33,522 nt of DNA from a bacterium (GCA_021781865.1 JAJXVZ010000002.1:1-33522), one strand, 5' to 3'. Shown: positions 18,665 to 27,735, numbered from the stretch's first letter. The notes: generated from the sequence alone by a model not told the origin. Numbers and translations: made by a program.

Positions 18665-19912
18665 TCATTTCGCAAGAAGCTCCGCATATGACCTCTTCAT
18701 GATAGTTCCGGTTACACGCTCAACGACTTCGAATGCGCCAGTCGCAACCGTGTTCTTGCCGACTACTATACGGTATGGAATACCGAGCAGATCGCTTTCC
18801 ATGAATTTCTCGCCGGCACGCAAATCGCGATCATCATAGAGAACGTCGATATTGGCATTTACTAAGTCGCGATATAGAGCATCCGCCATTTTTTTTATCT
18901 CATCGTCCGTCTGCCCAAGAGACACAAGATGCGTGGAAAACGGTGCGACCGCCTCCGGCCAAACAAGGCCTTTCTCATCAGCCATGAGCTCAACGATTGT
19001 ACCCATGAGACGCCCCGGACCGATGCCATAACTTCCCATGAAAACCGGTATTGACTTCCCTTCTGCATCTTTATATGAAAGACCGAGTGCTTCAGAAAAT
19101 CGTGTGCCGAGTGTAAAAATATTTCCAACCTCAATTGCCTTAGTTTCCTTAAGATTTTTCTTATCCATACCGGTGACCGCGTACACTTCCGAATCATCGT
19201 ACACTTCCTTATTCAAAGCGAGTCGCTTCGCACTGTCGATATAAATAGTGTCCTCACCCGCAGCACAAACAGTCTGGTACTCATGCGAATATTTGCTGAA
19301 GGAACCGCCAGAAGCAAAGGTGCGATAGGTCTTCGCGCCGATGCCAACACGCTCGAAAATCTTCTCATACGCGCCGGCGACTTTTTCATAAAATTCGGCA
19401 TGGCTCGCGGCATCCTTCGAAAAGGAATATAGATCTTTCATGATAAACTCGCGCGCGCGCATGATACCGGACTTCGCCCGCATCTCGTTGCGAAACTTGT
19501 TTTGAAATTGGTAAACGTACCGCGGCAAATCTTTATACGAAGCGACGTATTCGGACATAAGCGCCGTAAGCGCTTCTTCGTGCGTATTGCCAAGACCGAG
19601 CTCGTTGCCGTTTTTTAATCGTGTCTTAAACCATACATCAACAATCTCATCATTCCAGCGACCACTCTTCTTCCAAACTTCCGGATCCTGCAGAGCGGAA
19701 AGAAACACCTCTTCCCCGCCGATTGCGTTCATTTCCTCGCGAATGATGTCAATGATTTTATTAAGCACACGCAAGCCGAGCGGAAGGAAATCGTAAACGC
19801 CTGCCATCTCTTTATGAACATAACCCGCACGTACTAAAAGCTGGGCATTTTTTGCAACCTCGTCCGCGGGCGCCTCGCGACGGGTTTTGGTGAATAGGTT
19901 CGACTGTCTCAT
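18665..19912 (-). CDS. proS: Prolyl-tRNA synthetase, short bacterial-type form
   Basis: From the trimmed Met at 19912, the sequence MRQSNLFTKTRREAPADEVAKNAQLLVRAGY aligns with bacterial ProRS N-termini. Class II motifs and a C-terminal anticodon-binding domain are present. At ~415 aa there is no room for a full INS domain. Confidence 0.85.
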   Translation of the reverse strand: MRQSNLFTKTRREAPADEVAKNAQLLVRAGYVHKEMAGVYDFLPLGLRVLNKIIDIIREEMNAIGGEEVFLSALQDPEVWKKSGRWNDEIVDVWFKTRLKNGNELGLGNTHEEALTALMSEYVASYKDLPRYVYQFQNKFRNEMRAKSGIMRAREFIMKDLYSFSKDAASHAEFYEKVAGAYEKIFERVGIGAKTYRTFASGGSFSKYSHEYQTVCAAGEDTIYIDSAKRLALNKEVYDDSEVYAVTGMDKKNLKETKAIEVGNIFTLGTRFSEALGLSYKDAEGKSIPVFMGSYGIGPGRLMGTIVELMADEKGLVWPEAVAPFSTHLVSLGQTDDEIKKMADALYRDLVNANIDVLYDDRDLRAGEKFMESDLLGIPYRIVVGKNTVATGAFEVVERVTGTIMKRSYAELLAK

Positions 19913-19919
19913 GCGCAAC

Positions 19920-19948
19920 AGTATACGCGCATCCTGCAACCTCGGCAA
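19920..19948 (-). promoter_or_regulatory. Putative proS promoter placed for a leaderless or near-leaderless transcript
   Basis: On the minus strand, TTGCCG (19948-19943) is followed by a 17-nt spacer and TATACT (19925-19920), then 7 nt to the ATG at 19912. No Shine-Dalgarno is present. Confidence 0.3.
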
Positions 19949-20213
19949 AAAAGATCTCGCATTCCCTTTTTGGGGAGGATCAGGTAAAACACGGACTGCC
20001 ACGATATTCTTCGCCTATCCGCAGCATCCATGCGAACGCGGCAAGAATGAAAATACGAATGAGAGGCTTACACCGAATCTTCCCGAAACGCTTAGAATTC
20101 AAAAAATATTGTTAACAGTTATACAATTTCGTTACAAACCCTGCATCAGAGTAAATTGAGCCTGTTGTCTGGCGAAGGACGTTGGTTCATTCCTTAAGCC
20201 CACCGTTTCGAAC

Positions 20214-20240
20214 CCCAGCCTACGGCTGGGTTCTTTTTTA
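20214..20240. terminator. Hairpin terminator between rseP and proS, with the T-run on the plus strand
   Basis: The hairpin CCCAGCC-tac-GGCTGGG is followed by TTCTTTTTT on the plus strand. On the minus strand it lies just after the rseP stop but has no U-tract. Confidence 0.5.
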
Positions 20241-21326
20241 TCCGATAATCTTAAAGATATCGTGCGCGGTCACGACAACCATGAGCAAAATAAGAAATGC
20301 GAAACCCACAGTGTTGAATGCACGCGCGATATTCGCCTTTATCGGACGACGAATTATTCCCTCAATGATTACAAACAAGAGTCTACCGCCATCAAGTGCT
20401 GGGATGGGAAGAAGATTGATAAGAGCAAGATTAATGGAAATGATCGCCATAATCGAGAAAAGATCGCCAATGCCCTGCGCCGAAGCGTTCCCAACCACTC
20501 CGGCAATGCCGATTGGACCAGAGACCTGCGAGAGGTTTGCGGAAAATGTGAATATCCCGTAGAAAAAATGCCAAAGTCCTTCTGCAGTGAGCAGAGTTGC
20601 GCCCCAGGTAAGTGATGCACCCTCGGTAATCGCCGCACCAAATGAGAGTGGCACAATACCAACTGTGGCGACCTCAACGCCAAGCGCATACCGTGAGGGG
20701 TCGGAAGGCACAACGCCTTCCGTGGGCTTCGCAATGATATTCTGCTCGCTTCCCGCACGCTCCACATTGAGCGTAACCACACCTCCAGCACTTGCCGCAA
20801 TGAATTTTGCGAAGCTCACAGGATCAGTCGCGTGCCACACCCCTCGTGCATCTTTTGCCTCTATAATCGAGTCTCCCACAAGAAGCCCCGCATGCGCGGC
20901 GGGTGTTCCTGAAATCACATTCGCAACCATAAGCTCCATATTTCGAGCATTTGCGAGATCGTTCTCTGAAAGCGCGCGCGGTGTTCCCGCAACAAGTGCC
21001 CCCGTAATAAGTACGTAGGCAAAAAGAAGGTTCATCGTGACTCCAGCGATAAGCACGAGTGCCTGCAAGAAACGTGGGCGTGCTGAAAACGCACGTGGAT
21101 CTCCGCCGCCGCCGTCTTCACCATAAATTTTTACGAAACCGCCAAAAGGCAACCAATTGAGCGTATAGGAAGTTTCGCCTATTTTTGCGATCGTCGCTGC
21201 CCGCGGCGGATATCCAAGACCAAACTCATCGACACGCATTCCCGAAAGTTTCGCTACAATAAAGTGCCCGAGCTCGTGTACAACGATAAGTGCAACGATA
21301 ACAATAATGAAAATAAAGATACTCAT
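20238..21326 (-). CDS. rseP: Site-2 zinc metalloprotease RseP (M50 family)
   Basis: It has an HELGHF zinc motif in the first TM helix, a central PDZ-like region and a C-terminal LNLLPIPALDGG motif. Confidence 0.9.
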   Translation of the reverse strand: MSIFIFIIVIVALIVVHELGHFIVAKLSGMRVDEFGLGYPPRAATIAKIGETSYTLNWLPFGGFVKIYGEDGGGGDPRAFSARPRFLQALVLIAGVTMNLLFAYVLITGALVAGTPRALSENDLANARNMELMVANVISGTPAAHAGLLVGDSIIEAKDARGVWHATDPVSFAKFIAASAGGVVTLNVERAGSEQNIIAKPTEGVVPSDPSRYALGVEVATVGIVPLSFGAAITEGASLTWGATLLTAEGLWHFFYGIFTFSANLSQVSGPIGIAGVVGNASAQGIGDLFSIMAIISINLALINLLPIPALDGGRLLFVIIEGIIRRPIKANIARAFNTVGFAFLILLMVVVTAHDIFKIIG

Positions 21327-21338
21327 CTTATGATTTTC

Positions 21339-21890
21339 TTATTGAGAAATCTCAATCTGTTTTCTCTCTAAAATAGCTGCGATTGTATCATTCCCGGCAT
21401 CAACAAGCTTCTGAATCTCATCTTTCAAACGAATTATTTCATCTTTTCCTATGCCTCCCTCTTTCCCCGACGCCTCAAGCATCTTAATTGCGTCGGTACG
21501 ATGCGAACGTAATGTGACTCTCGCGTGCTCAGTTTTATCGCCAGCAATTTTTAAAAGTTGCGTACGACGTTCATTAGTAAGTTCAGGGAAAGAAACCCGT
21601 AGACCTTGCTCGTCGGTTGAAATTCCAACTCCGAGATCAGCATCGGTAATCCCCTTTTCAATTGTTTTTAGTAGATCTTTGTCCCATGGAATGACCCGGA
21701 GCGTACGTGCATCTTCTACTGAAACAGAGGCTAGTTCGCGAAGCGCTGTTCGTGTTCCATACGCTTCGGGCTTAATCGCGTCAAGCAGAGTTGGTGTCGC
21801 ACGACCAGTGCGAACTCCTGCGAGTTCGCGTGTGAGCCATTCTTCGGTTTCCTTAATATTAGATTTTAACTGTGAAAAATCATATGTCAT
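21339..21890 (-). CDS. frr: Ribosome recycling factor
   Basis: The sequence LAGVRTGRATPTLLD...LRVSFPELTNERR and the 183-aa length are typical of Frr. Confidence 0.9.
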   Translation of the reverse strand: MTYDFSQLKSNIKETEEWLTRELAGVRTGRATPTLLDAIKPEAYGTRTALRELASVSVEDARTLRVIPWDKDLLKTIEKGITDADLGVGISTDEQGLRVSFPELTNERRTQLLKIAGDKTEHARVTLRSHRTDAIKMLEASGKEGGIGKDEIIRLKDEIQKLVDAGNDTIAAILERKQIEISQ

Positions 21891-21897
21891 GAAGACA

Positions 21898-22608
21898 TCA
21901 TATCAAATTCTCTGGAAGTACAAGAGAGAGATGTTCGAGGATCATGCGTATCGGCGCACTACGCTCATGAAGATAGTTGCGCAAAAAAGCAATTTCGAAG
22001 AGGAGCGCGATGATAGTCTTGTCGTCTTTATGTTTCCTAAGCGCCCTATATGAGGCCATCTCAATGCCGTTCACGATCGCAATGGTTTCATCGCGAGATT
22101 CACGCCGTTCTTCTTCATCTTTCCCACTTGCAAGTTTTTTAATGAGCGCGCTACGTCTCTCTCTTGTTCCTTCAATAAACATACGGGCAACTTCTGAGAT
22201 TTTCTCCTGCTGCTTTGCGGCATGCACCTCAAGCACCGTCACACGCGAACGGAGCGTTGGCAAAAGCCCGCCAAACGTCGGTAATATAAGAAAAAGGTAT
22301 ACCCCCTTGGGGGGTTCTTCGAAAATCTTTAAAAGCGCATTTTGTGCCTCATGATACATACGACTTACTGCAATAATGAGTACTTTGTACTCGCCAACAA
22401 AAGACGCTCCCGTGGCAAGATCAAAAATTCGCCGTGCATCCGCAACTGAAAAAAGCCCGTATCGCAACACAATGACATCGAGATTGTCGTTCGCTCTGGA
22501 ATCGAGTTCTTGTCTCATCCAAGTTCGTGCTGTCTCAATTCCAGACTCTGCTTCTGCCGCCTCAATGATAAACGCGTGATGTCGCATGAATTGATTATAG
22601 ATCTGCAT
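21898..22608 (-). CDS. holB: DNA polymerase III delta-prime-like clamp loader subunit
   Basis: It has the NALLKIFEEPP box and the TLRSR sensor motif. The N-terminal P-loop is degenerate, as is common for delta prime. Confidence 0.7.
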   Translation of the reverse strand: MQIYNQFMRHHAFIIEAAEAESGIETARTWMRQELDSRANDNLDVIVLRYGLFSVADARRIFDLATGASFVGEYKVLIIAVSRMYHEAQNALLKIFEEPPKGVYLFLILPTFGGLLPTLRSRVTVLEVHAAKQQEKISEVARMFIEGTRERRSALIKKLASGKDEEERRESRDETIAIVNGIEMASYRALRKHKDDKTIIALLFEIAFLRNYLHERSAPIRMILEHLSLVLPENLI

Positions 22609-22822
22609 TCTTTACTAACCGATAGTTGACAATGTTGGGAATGATATTATACCAGTTTATAGAAATTAAAAGGTTCATAGCTTGTGGGTAAATTATAAAA
22701 TGGCTTCTCAGTGATAGTAATAGTCACCGCTGCAGAAATGGGGGCGTTTGATTTGAAAATTCCAGATGGAGGATCGGGGTCGTGAGGTCAATTTTTATCG
22801 ATATCCGCTCTTCCCTCTTTTA

Positions 22823-23848
22823 TTATTGTTTTGCCAAAATACTCTTTTGATACATGCCCAGATGATTAAGTGCAATTCCGGTACCGCGCGCTACGCAATA
22901 GTAAGGGTCTGTCGCAAGCTTCGCGACAACGCCGGTGCGGCGGTAAACAAGTTCAGGCATCTGCCGTAACTGCGAAGAACCACCGGTGAGAATAATCCCA
23001 TTGTCGATAATGTCAGCAGCGAGTTCAGGCGGAGTATCCTGCAATACCTTGCGTATCGCCTGCGTCATTTCGCGCAATTCGCGCACCATAGCCGTCACGA
23101 GATCGTTTGTCGAGATATCAACGGTGCGTGGAAGACCGCTTACAAGGTCACGCCCCTTGACTGGCAAGGTAAGTCCTTCGTTCATCGGCACGGCGGAACC
23201 AATCTTTATTTTGACCTCCTCCGCGGTCTTATCGCCAATCGCCAGGTTGTGACTCTTCTTCACATAATCAACGACTGCGCGATCGAGACGATCGCCTGCG
23301 CATTTCACGCTCGTTGAAGCGACGATGCCGCCGAGTGAGATCACGGCGACATCTATGGTACCGCCACCGATGTCCACGATCATGCGCCCCATAGGCTCAT
23401 GGATAGGAATACCGGCGCCGATGGCGGCAAGTATAGGTTCCTTCACCACATACGCGTTTTTCGCGCCCGCTTTCAATGCCGCCTCAATAACCGCTCGCTT
23501 CTCGGTTGAAGTCACTCCAGCGGGAACCGAAACAAGTACCGTCGGTTTAAAGGGATTGCGCTTAAGCGCTTTCCTTATGAAATATCGAAGCATGGCCTCA
23601 GTTACGCGATAGTCGGCGATAACGCCGTCCTTCATAGGACGATACGCGATGATATCATCCGGCGTACGACCAATCATCTGCTTAGCTTCTGCGCCGATCG
23701 CGAGAATTTTATTACCGCCCTGCTTTCCACGCGCTTTCCCCACAGCAACAACGGATGGTTCATTGATAACGACGCCCTTCCCAGGCATGAAAACAAGAAC
23801 GTTTGTCGTCCCAAGATCAATGCCTAGTTTGGGGGAAAAGAAAGACAT
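22823..23848 (-). CDS. mreB: Second MreB/Mbl-family actin-like protein
   Basis: Motifs LGIDLGTTNVLVF, VLVSVPAGVT, DIGGGTIDVAV and LTGGSSQLRQM are present. It is clearly a paralog of the 17611-18663 gene. Confidence 0.85.
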   Translation of the reverse strand: MSFFSPKLGIDLGTTNVLVFMPGKGVVINEPSVVAVGKARGKQGGNKILAIGAEAKQMIGRTPDDIIAYRPMKDGVIADYRVTEAMLRYFIRKALKRNPFKPTVLVSVPAGVTSTEKRAVIEAALKAGAKNAYVVKEPILAAIGAGIPIHEPMGRMIVDIGGGTIDVAVISLGGIVASTSVKCAGDRLDRAVVDYVKKSHNLAIGDKTAEEVKIKIGSAVPMNEGLTLPVKGRDLVSGLPRTVDISTNDLVTAMVRELREMTQAIRKVLQDTPPELAADIIDNGIILTGGSSQLRQMPELVYRRTGVVAKLATDPYYCVARGTGIALNHLGMYQKSILAKQ

Positions 23849-24063
23849 TACTTCTGCATCATAGCGCCGCCACGCGACTCTGGGAAGCGTCTTTTCGTTA
23901 GGTGATAGATGTTTTCGAATACGAATGAGAAGGGAATTCCCTTCAAAGAGTAGCCGCGATGGCTACTGAGGTTTAAATTTATTAACTCGATCAGTTCCTG
24001 CGTTCTTTCCACGTATAGAAAGTATATCGAGAGAATGATACGATGCTCACAATGCAAGGAGAA

Positions 24064-25356
24064 ATGAATTTCGTCATCGAGGGCGGGAAGAAGCTCTCTG
24101 GACGGGTCGAAACAAGTCGTTCGAAAAATGGCGCTGTGGCACTCCTCGCCGCCTCCCTTTTGAATCGCGGCAGAACAACACTTAAGAATGTCCCGAAAAT
24201 CGAGGAAGTAAATCGACTTGTTGAAGTACTCCGCTCGATCGGTATTTCGGTCGAATGGCATGGTGCAAATCTTGTCATTGAACAACCTGAAAATATTTCC
24301 CTCAATACTATCGACCGTGGTGCAGCAGCCAAAACACGTAGCATCCTGATGTTTATCGGTCCGCTCATTCACCTATTCAAAGAGTTTGAGTTGCCGCAGT
24401 CGGGAGGCTGTACACTCGGATTGCGTTCAGCCCGTCCACATATTATGGCGCTTGAGAAGTTTGGCGTCACAATAGAAGCGCGCTCGAAAAGTTATCGCGT
24501 TACCCACACACAGCTTGTTCCAGCGGAAATCGTCCTTTACGAATCGAGTGATACCGCTACTATCAATGCTCTTCTCGCCGCCGCACGTATCAATGGCACC
24601 TCTACTATTAAATACGCTTCGGCAAACTACCAAGTTCAAGAGGTATGCGGGTTCCTGAAGACGCTTGGTGTCTCTCTGGACGGGATCGGCACAACAACGC
24701 TTACCGTTCACGGTATCCCTGATTGTGCGAAGGAAATATCCTATAGTGTGGCACAAGATCCGACCGATGCGATGTTTTTCATAGCGGCGGCAGCCGTTAC
24801 CGGCTCCGCAATAATAATCACGGCTGCACCGATAGAATTCTTAGAGATCGAATTATTACTTTTGGAAAAAATGAAGTTGCAATTCACGTTATCAAATCCA
24901 CGATTATCTGAGAATGGAATTACAAAACTAAAAGATATCCGTGTTGAGCCGTCTGCATTGATCGCTTTCCCCGAAAAAATCCACGCACGCCCCTATCCAG
25001 GCCTCAACATCGACAATCTTCCCTTTTTTGCGGTAATCGCCACCCAGGCCAAGGGTATAACGCTCATTCATGATTGGACATACGAGAAACGCGCAATTTA
25101 TTACACGGATCTCGATCGTCTCGGAGCAATAACGAATCTTCATGATCCACACCGCATCTCAATCGAGGGCCCGACAAAGCTCAAAGCGGCAGAGGTCATC
25201 TGTCCACCAGCGCTACGACCTGCAACTATTATTCTTGTCGCAATGCTCGCGGCAGAAGGTCGTTCAACACTTCGCAACGTCTATAGCATCAATCGCGGCT
25301 ATGAAGACATAGTGACGCGTCTTCAACAGCTCGGAGCCTCTATTGAAGCAACATGA
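24064..25356 (+). CDS. murA: UDP-N-acetylglucosamine 1-carboxyvinyltransferase MurA
   Basis: MNFVIEGGKKLSGRVETSRSKNGAVALLAASLL matches the MurA N-terminus. The active-site loop SGGCTLGLRSARPH retains the Cys. The start could also be 24043. Confidence 0.85.
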   Translation: MNFVIEGGKKLSGRVETSRSKNGAVALLAASLLNRGRTTLKNVPKIEEVNRLVEVLRSIGISVEWHGANLVIEQPENISLNTIDRGAAAKTRSILMFIGPLIHLFKEFELPQSGGCTLGLRSARPHIMALEKFGVTIEARSKSYRVTHTQLVPAEIVLYESSDTATINALLAAARINGTSTIKYASANYQVQEVCGFLKTLGVSLDGIGTTTLTVHGIPDCAKEISYSVAQDPTDAMFFIAAAAVTGSAIIITAAPIEFLEIELLLLEKMKLQFTLSNPRLSENGITKLKDIRVEPSALIAFPEKIHARPYPGLNIDNLPFFAVIATQAKGITLIHDWTYEKRAIYYTDLDRLGAITNLHDPHRISIEGPTKLKAAEVICPPALRPATIILVAMLAAEGRSTLRNVYSINRGYEDIVTRLQQLGASIEAT

Positions 25357-25646
25357 AATTTGTCGGTGATATTCTTCCCGAGTTTGAGAAAAGGATGGCA
25401 GGAGCACCCAAAGGGAAGAAGCGTCTCACCGAACGCGGTGAACTGATGCGTTTTTTCCTTCGACATTTGAATCATTCTCGAGCACACGACGGACTTCCTT
25501 CCATGACGATGGCGCACCTTGGTACTGTTCTAGAAAAAATACCGACGCAAGATCTTTACTATTTAAAAAGTGTGTGCAGTCAGGCAAAAAATTTCAGTAA
25601 GAAGTTTTGGTGGGAACTTGATCCTACAAAACACCCATTACGCTGA
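25353..25646 (+). CDS. Hypothetical protein, translationally coupled to murA
   Basis: There is an ATGA start/stop overlap with murA. The protein is 97 aa with no recognisable motif. Confidence 0.5.
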   Translation: MKFVGDILPEFEKRMAGAPKGKKRLTERGELMRFFLRHLNHSRAHDGLPSMTMAHLGTVLEKIPTQDLYYLKSVCSQAKNFSKKFWWELDPTKHPLR

Positions 25647-25667
25647 TTTTCTGTTATATTATGGAAC

Positions 25668-26225
25668 ATGAAAAAGATTGTGCAAGAAAGTGCGAAAATA
25701 TTGCGTGATATTGCGAATCCCGTGCCAGAAAAACTTTTCGATTCGGTAGAACTCACGCGCATAATCGAAGATATGAAAAAAACGCTTGATCCTGAACTCG
25801 AAGGTGTCGCACTTGCCGCTCCACAAATTGATATACCCTACCGCATATTCATTGTCCGAAAAGATCGCACGATTCCTATAAAAAAAATGACCCGCGGTGG
25901 CACAGCAGATAAGCCTCCCGAAAAACAAAGCGACCCGCCCGCACCTGACGTGGAGGTGTATATAAATCCAGAAATTGTAAAGACCTCAAGGAAACGCGCG
26001 TATTCGGACGAAGGATGTCTCTCTGTCCGCGGCGTATACGGTACGACCAATCGACATGAGCGTGTTACTATTCGCGCCCGCCGCATTGACGGCTCGCGAT
26101 TCGAGCGCGGCGGCGGCGGCCTCATGGCTCAAATATTTGAGCACGAAATTGATCATTTAAACGGAGTTCTATTCATTGATCATGCCGAAAACCTCATACA
26201 TGTCTCGCATGCCACCAGCTCATAA
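25668..26225 (+). CDS. def: Peptide deformylase
   Basis: Motifs LAAPQI, EGCLS and HEIDHLNG are present. There is a ~25-aa insertion (KKMTRGGTADKPPEKQSDPPAP) between motifs 1 and 2. Confidence 0.9.
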   Translation: MKKIVQESAKILRDIANPVPEKLFDSVELTRIIEDMKKTLDPELEGVALAAPQIDIPYRIFIVRKDRTIPIKKMTRGGTADKPPEKQSDPPAPDVEVYINPEIVKTSRKRAYSDEGCLSVRGVYGTTNRHERVTIRARRIDGSRFERGGGGLMAQIFEHEIDHLNGVLFIDHAENLIHVSHATSS

Positions 26226-27048
26226 TTTCGTTTATTTTGGCACGCCCAAGGTCGCGCACGATACACTGGCGATTCTTATCAAATCCGGCTTCATACCCAC
26301 CGTTGTGGTAACCTTGCCGGATGCCCAGAAAGGACGGGGCCTTGCACTCAAACCTTCCGAAACAAAAATCCTCGCTCTCGCGCACGGCATCAAAGTACTT
26401 ACGCCTTCCTCACTTGATGCGAACGCCATCGCCTCTATTAGCGCGTATAAGTGCGCCTATGCCATCGTTGTTGCCTACGGGAAAATATTTCCCGAAGAAC
26501 TCATAGCTGCCTTCCCATTGGGCGTGTTAAATGTTCATTATTCGCTTTTACCAAAATACCGCGGCGCGACCCCGCTTGAGGGCGCGCTTCTCGCCGGTGA
26601 TACAGAAACTGGCGTGACTATCCAGAAAATGGCAAAGGAACTCGATGCGGGAGATATTTTTGCCCAAGAGACGATACGCATCGTTCCCTCTGAGACCGCA
26701 CGTGAATTACGGCCACGTCTTATTTCCATGGGTGCCGAATTGCTCGTCAAAACGCTCCCTGCCTTCCTTTCCGGTACTGTCACGCCAATCCCGCAAGACG
26801 CGCCGCACTCCTCTTGCACTCGAAAACTAAAAAAAGAGTACGGACTGCTTTCACTTGCTGACCCCGATGAAATCAATTGGAACAAGTACCGCGCTTACGC
26901 CGATAGTATTGGTACCTATTTCCTTCACAACGGGAAACGCGTAAAGATAGTGTCCGCTTCTTTTAAAAATCAGAGATTCATTCCCGAACTGGTCATCCCT
27001 GAAGGCAAGCGTGAAATTGATTACATAACTTTCTGTAAAGTGGATTAG
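26209..27048 (+). CDS. fmt: Methionyl-tRNA formyltransferase
   Basis: VYFGTPKVAHDTL at the N-terminus, VLNVHYSLLPKYRGATPLE and the position after def support the call. The start choice among 26176, 26200 and 26209 is uncertain. Confidence 0.85.
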   Translation: MPPAHNFVYFGTPKVAHDTLAILIKSGFIPTVVVTLPDAQKGRGLALKPSETKILALAHGIKVLTPSSLDANAIASISAYKCAYAIVVAYGKIFPEELIAAFPLGVLNVHYSLLPKYRGATPLEGALLAGDTETGVTIQKMAKELDAGDIFAQETIRIVPSETARELRPRLISMGAELLVKTLPAFLSGTVTPIPQDAPHSSCTRKLKKEYGLLSLADPDEINWNKYRAYADSIGTYFLHNGKRVKIVSASFKNQRFIPELVIPEGKREIDYITFCKVD

Positions 27049-27142
27049 CGGTCTGAATTTCTTACAGATTTGGCGAATCTGGCATATCACACCCTTCATC
27101 AAAATACGTAACTTGTGATAGACACTCAATTCGCAGAATGCC

Positions 27143-27505
27143 CTAACGTCCAAGACGTATCATTCTCTTGATCGCTGAACTTCCGCGCTTTAAGAGCCGT
27201 TGCGCACGTCCGCGCGAATGACGTATTTCGGCCTCAAGCTCGCTACGTACCTTATCCGCCGCACTCTCGGGAGACGGCTTCACCGCCTCAGCATGAAATA
27301 CTTTCCCGTCAATAATAAGACGAGCAACGAGACGGCACGGCTCCGCCGAACGCCCTTCTGGTGGCGCGTTCTCTATCTCTATCTCGAGCAATGCGCGATC
27401 ACCCTCCTCTCCAATAAGACGCAATGGGGCCGCAAGTTTCTCCTCAAGAAGAGCTTCAGTTTCTGCATTGAGTTGATACTTCGTCGCTTTGATAGTGATA
27501 TTCAT
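27143..27505 (-). CDS. hpf: Ribosome hibernation promoting factor (HPF/RaiA family)
   Basis: MNITIKATKYQLNAETEALLEEKL and a ~100-aa beta-alpha-beta-beta-beta-alpha sized protein with a basic tail fit this family. Confidence 0.7.
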   Translation of the reverse strand: MNITIKATKYQLNAETEALLEEKLAAPLRLIGEEGDRALLEIEIENAPPEGRSAEPCRLVARLIIDGKVFHAEAVKPSPESAADKVRSELEAEIRHSRGRAQRLLKRGSSAIKRMIRLGR

Positions 27506-27516
27506 TATGTGGGACT

Positions 27517-27735
27517 TTAGCCGTTAATACTAATCATTTTAGCCCGTGAACGGTGTCCTGTCAGTATCTGCACTTTACTGAACGGTATCCCCTGTTGAGC
27601 AGCGATAATTTCACGTACGCGGTTATTCGCACGATTCCCGGCTGCCGGCTCTCGAACTGAAATGGCAAGCGTCTCATCTTTCCTTTCAATTTTCTCGCGT
27701 TTCGCACCTGGCGTGACAAATACTTTTATATACAT
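27517..27735 (-). CDS. DUF167 (YggU-like) protein
   Basis: VTPGAKREKI...ISVREPAAGNRANNRVREIIA...ILTGHRSRAKMI is the DUF167 pattern. Confidence 0.75.
   Translation of the reverse strand: MYIKVFVTPGAKREKIERKDETLAISVREPAAGNRANNRVREIIAAQQGIPFSKVQILTGHRSRAKMISING

Noticed and set aside
19913-20237. T-box leader upstream of proS
   Set aside because: No T-box core sequence (AAnnnGGGTGGTACCGCG-like) and no terminator/antiterminator pair lie adjacent to the proS start on the minus strand. The only strong hairpin is far upstream and has its T-run on the other strand.
27049-27142. Terminator between the convergent fmt and hpf genes
   Set aside because: Only a 6-bp CAGATT...AATCTG stem without a T-run is present, which is not convincing.
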